Virus record (IMG/VR): IMGVR_UViG_3300045988_035499 | Origin: a virus | Direction: 5' to 3' (one strand) | Length of the DNA stretch: 64,000 bases | Shown: in pieces, positions 62,034 through 64,000 of the stretch | How the letters are laid out: each line of letters opens with the position of its first letter | Numbering within the stretch: position 1 is the first letter of the stretch | The notes under the pieces: generated by a model | The model's input: the letters and a program-made list of their open reading frames with translations, nothing else | Told to the model about the DNA's origin: nothing | The model's database searches: none | Made by a program: the position numbers and the translations under genes

Positions 62034-64000
62034 ATGATTATACGAAACAAAATTGTTTATGTATATGATATTGAGGTATTTCCGAATGTATTTCATTGTA
62101 CTGTAAAGAATTCTGAAACAGGACAATTATATATGTTTGAAATATCGCAGAGAAAGAATCAATTAGATGAGTTAGTTCAATTTTTTCATACAGTAAATGA
62201 ACAGCATAATTGGAATGATTTGTATACTATAGATATTCAACTAAACACTGATAAGATGTTTTGTGGATATAATAATCTACATTATGATAATGCTATTATA
62301 AATTATATCATAGATTATTATAATATAATGAAATACAAAGGATATAGAACTATTTGTAGATCTATATTTAACCTTAGTAAAGTAATAACTACTTCTAGTG
62401 AAGATAATATCGACGCTTGGAAGAAGTGGAAGTATGCAACTTATTTTGAATCTTTTGACCTGCTAACAATGCTCTATTCTAATAAATTAAGAGTAGGTTT
62501 GAAAGAGATGCAAGTTACTATGCAATACAAGAATGTACAAGAATTTGTATGTGATTGGAGAGCAGATTTACCTGAAAAAGAAATTGACTCAATGATTGAG
62601 TATAATATTAATGACGTTAATTCTACTGAGGAACTCCTCAATCGATGTAAAAAAGATGTTGATTTAAGAATAGCTATTGAAGACGAATACAAAGTAAGAG
62701 TACTTAGTAAAGATGGTGTAAACATTGGCATGAAAATCCTAACTCAAAAGTATTTAGAGAAAACGGGACAAACATGGTGGGATATTAAAGATTTGAGATC
62801 TCCTATGTCAGTTATACCATTAAAAGATGTTATATTACCATTTATTAAGTATGATAGTCCAATACTACAAAAGGTATTATCTGATATGAAACAACAGATA
62901 GTATCTCCAGGTAGGAAAGGATATGAAAACAAGTTCTTATTTGAAGGACTAAGATACTCTGTAGGAGTTGGAGGGATACATTCTGTGAATGATCCTGAAA
63001 TAATTATTCCTAAAGAAGACGAAATGCTCATAGATATAGATGTTGCTTCACTATATCCAAGTATGCTAATAGAATATGAGTTCTACCCTAAACATTTAGG
63101 TAAAGAATTTCTAGAAGTGTATAGACAAATAAAGAATGAGCGTATAGAAGCTAAACACAAAGGTGATAAAGTTAAAAATGAGACTTTAAAGCTCGCTCTT
63201 AATGGATTATCAGGTAACTTACAGAATGAACATAACTTCTGTTATAGTCCTTTTGCAGTAATGCAGATTAGAATAAATGGACAGTTACTATTACTAATGC
63301 TAGCTGAAAAACTAACTCAAATTGGATGTAGAATCGTCCAAGCAAATACTGATGGCCTCTTTGTCCTTCTAAAGAGAGATGTATATTCTAAAGCAAACAA
63401 TATTTGTAGAGAATGGGAACAACTTACTAAGCTTACCTTAGAAGAAGATCGTTTTAAAGCTATGTATCAATATGCTATTAATGATTATTTCGCTATTACT
63501 GAAGAAGGTAAAGTAAAAGAGAAAGGTATGTTTATTACTACTGTGAAATTAGGGAAGGGTTTAACTCCAAAGATCATACCGAAAGCAGTAATAAACTTTT
63601 TTAAAGATGGAGTACCAGTAGAAGATACTATAAAAGGTTGCAAAGATATAAGAGATTTCTTAATGTCAGAAAAAACTGGTAAACAATGGCATGTTGAGTA
63701 TATGAATAAAGAACAACAGAGAACTAACCGTTTCTATGCATCTACAGATGGTGGATACTTATGGAAATGGAAAGGAGGAGATATTGAAGAAGATAACTAC
63801 GTATGGGACAATAATATACAGTCTTATAAGGAGCAAGGAAAAAGAATAGTAAATACTCCTAAACAGTATCAAAATATGCTTACTGCATCTGGTGTTACTT
63901 TATTAAATTACTTAGATGATAAACCAATTGAAGAGAGAAAGATTAATTATAGGTATTATATAATGGAAGCCTATAAGATAATTAGAGAGTTAAAACCATT
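62034..64000 (+). CDS. polB: family B DNA polymerase (N-terminal ~655 codons; gene runs off window end)
   Basis: Open frame from ATG 62034 to the window end, absent from the track because no stop is reached. Motifs: Exo I YDIEVFPN, Exo II GYNNLHYDNAII, Exo III YNINDV, Pol A DVASLYPS, Pol B KLALNGLSG, Pol C QANTDG. Confidence 0.85.
   Translation, partial: MIIRNKIVYVYDIEVFPNVFHCTVKNSETGQLYMFEISQRKNQLDELVQFFHTVNEQHNWNDLYTIDIQLNTDKMFCGYNNLHYDNAIINYIIDYYNIMKYKGYRTICRSIFNLSKVITTSSEDNIDAWKKWKYATYFESFDLLTMLYSNKLRVGLKEMQVTMQYKNVQEFVCDWRADLPEKEIDSMIEYNINDVNSTEELLNRCKKDVDLRIAIEDEYKVRVLSKDGVNIGMKILTQKYLEKTGQTWWDIKDLRSPMSVIPLKDVILPFIKYDSPILQKVLSDMKQQIVSPGRKGYENKFLFEGLRYSVGVGGIHSVNDPEIIIPKEDEMLIDIDVASLYPSMLIEYEFYPKHLGKEFLEVYRQIKNERIEAKHKGDKVKNETLKLALNGLSGNLQNEHNFCYSPFAVMQIRINGQLLLLMLAEKLTQIGCRIVQANTDGLFVLLKRDVYSKANNICREWEQLTKLTLEEDRFKAMYQYAINDYFAITEEGKVKEKGMFITTVKLGKGLTPKIIPKAVINFFKDGVPVEDTIKGCKDIRDFLMSEKTGKQWHVEYMNKEQQRTNRFYASTDGGYLWKWKGGDIEEDNYVWDNNIQSYKEQGKRIVNTPKQYQNMLTASGVTLLNYLDDKPIEERKINYRYYIMEAYKIIRELKP

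Overview
Segment of a tailed-phage genome, most likely a crAss-like (Crassvirales-type) phage of a Bacteroidota host. Support: TerL-portal-scaffold-MCP gene order, a BACON-repeat protein, a family B DNA polymerase, and tmRNA ends of Bacteroidota type. Positions 1-43725 form one leftward (minus-strand) arm, with a block of small genes at 38180-43725 and the packaging/head/tail/lysis block at 1-36508. In the standard code this arm looks shattered. The fragments join in frame if TAG is read as a sense codon (contexts fit Gln), and every rebuilt gene then ends in TAA or TGA. Positions 44124-64000 form a rightward (plus-strand) early/replication arm read in the standard code. There TAG is a stop, often backed by a nearby TAA, and the arm ends in a polB gene that runs off the window. 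Between the two leftward blocks lies a tRNA with a CUA (amber-suppressor) anticodon. Its anticodon loop is interrupted by a ~1 kb group I-like intron that carries an HNH endonuclease gene. The rightward arm holds more than 5 kb of ORF-free, hairpin-dense sequence. This includes a circularly permuted tmRNA-like gene, a canonical type III hammerhead ribozyme, a repeated RNA module family, and a ~2.1 kb ORF-free block. It also holds a 13-nt exact repeat, a normal tRNA-Arg(UCU) and two tRNA-like elements with aberrant anticodon arms (a third lies in the leftward arm next to the split tRNA). All rebuilt gene coordinates and RNA folds were derived by eye. CDS ends were checked only for frame and length consistency, so everything needs computational verification.
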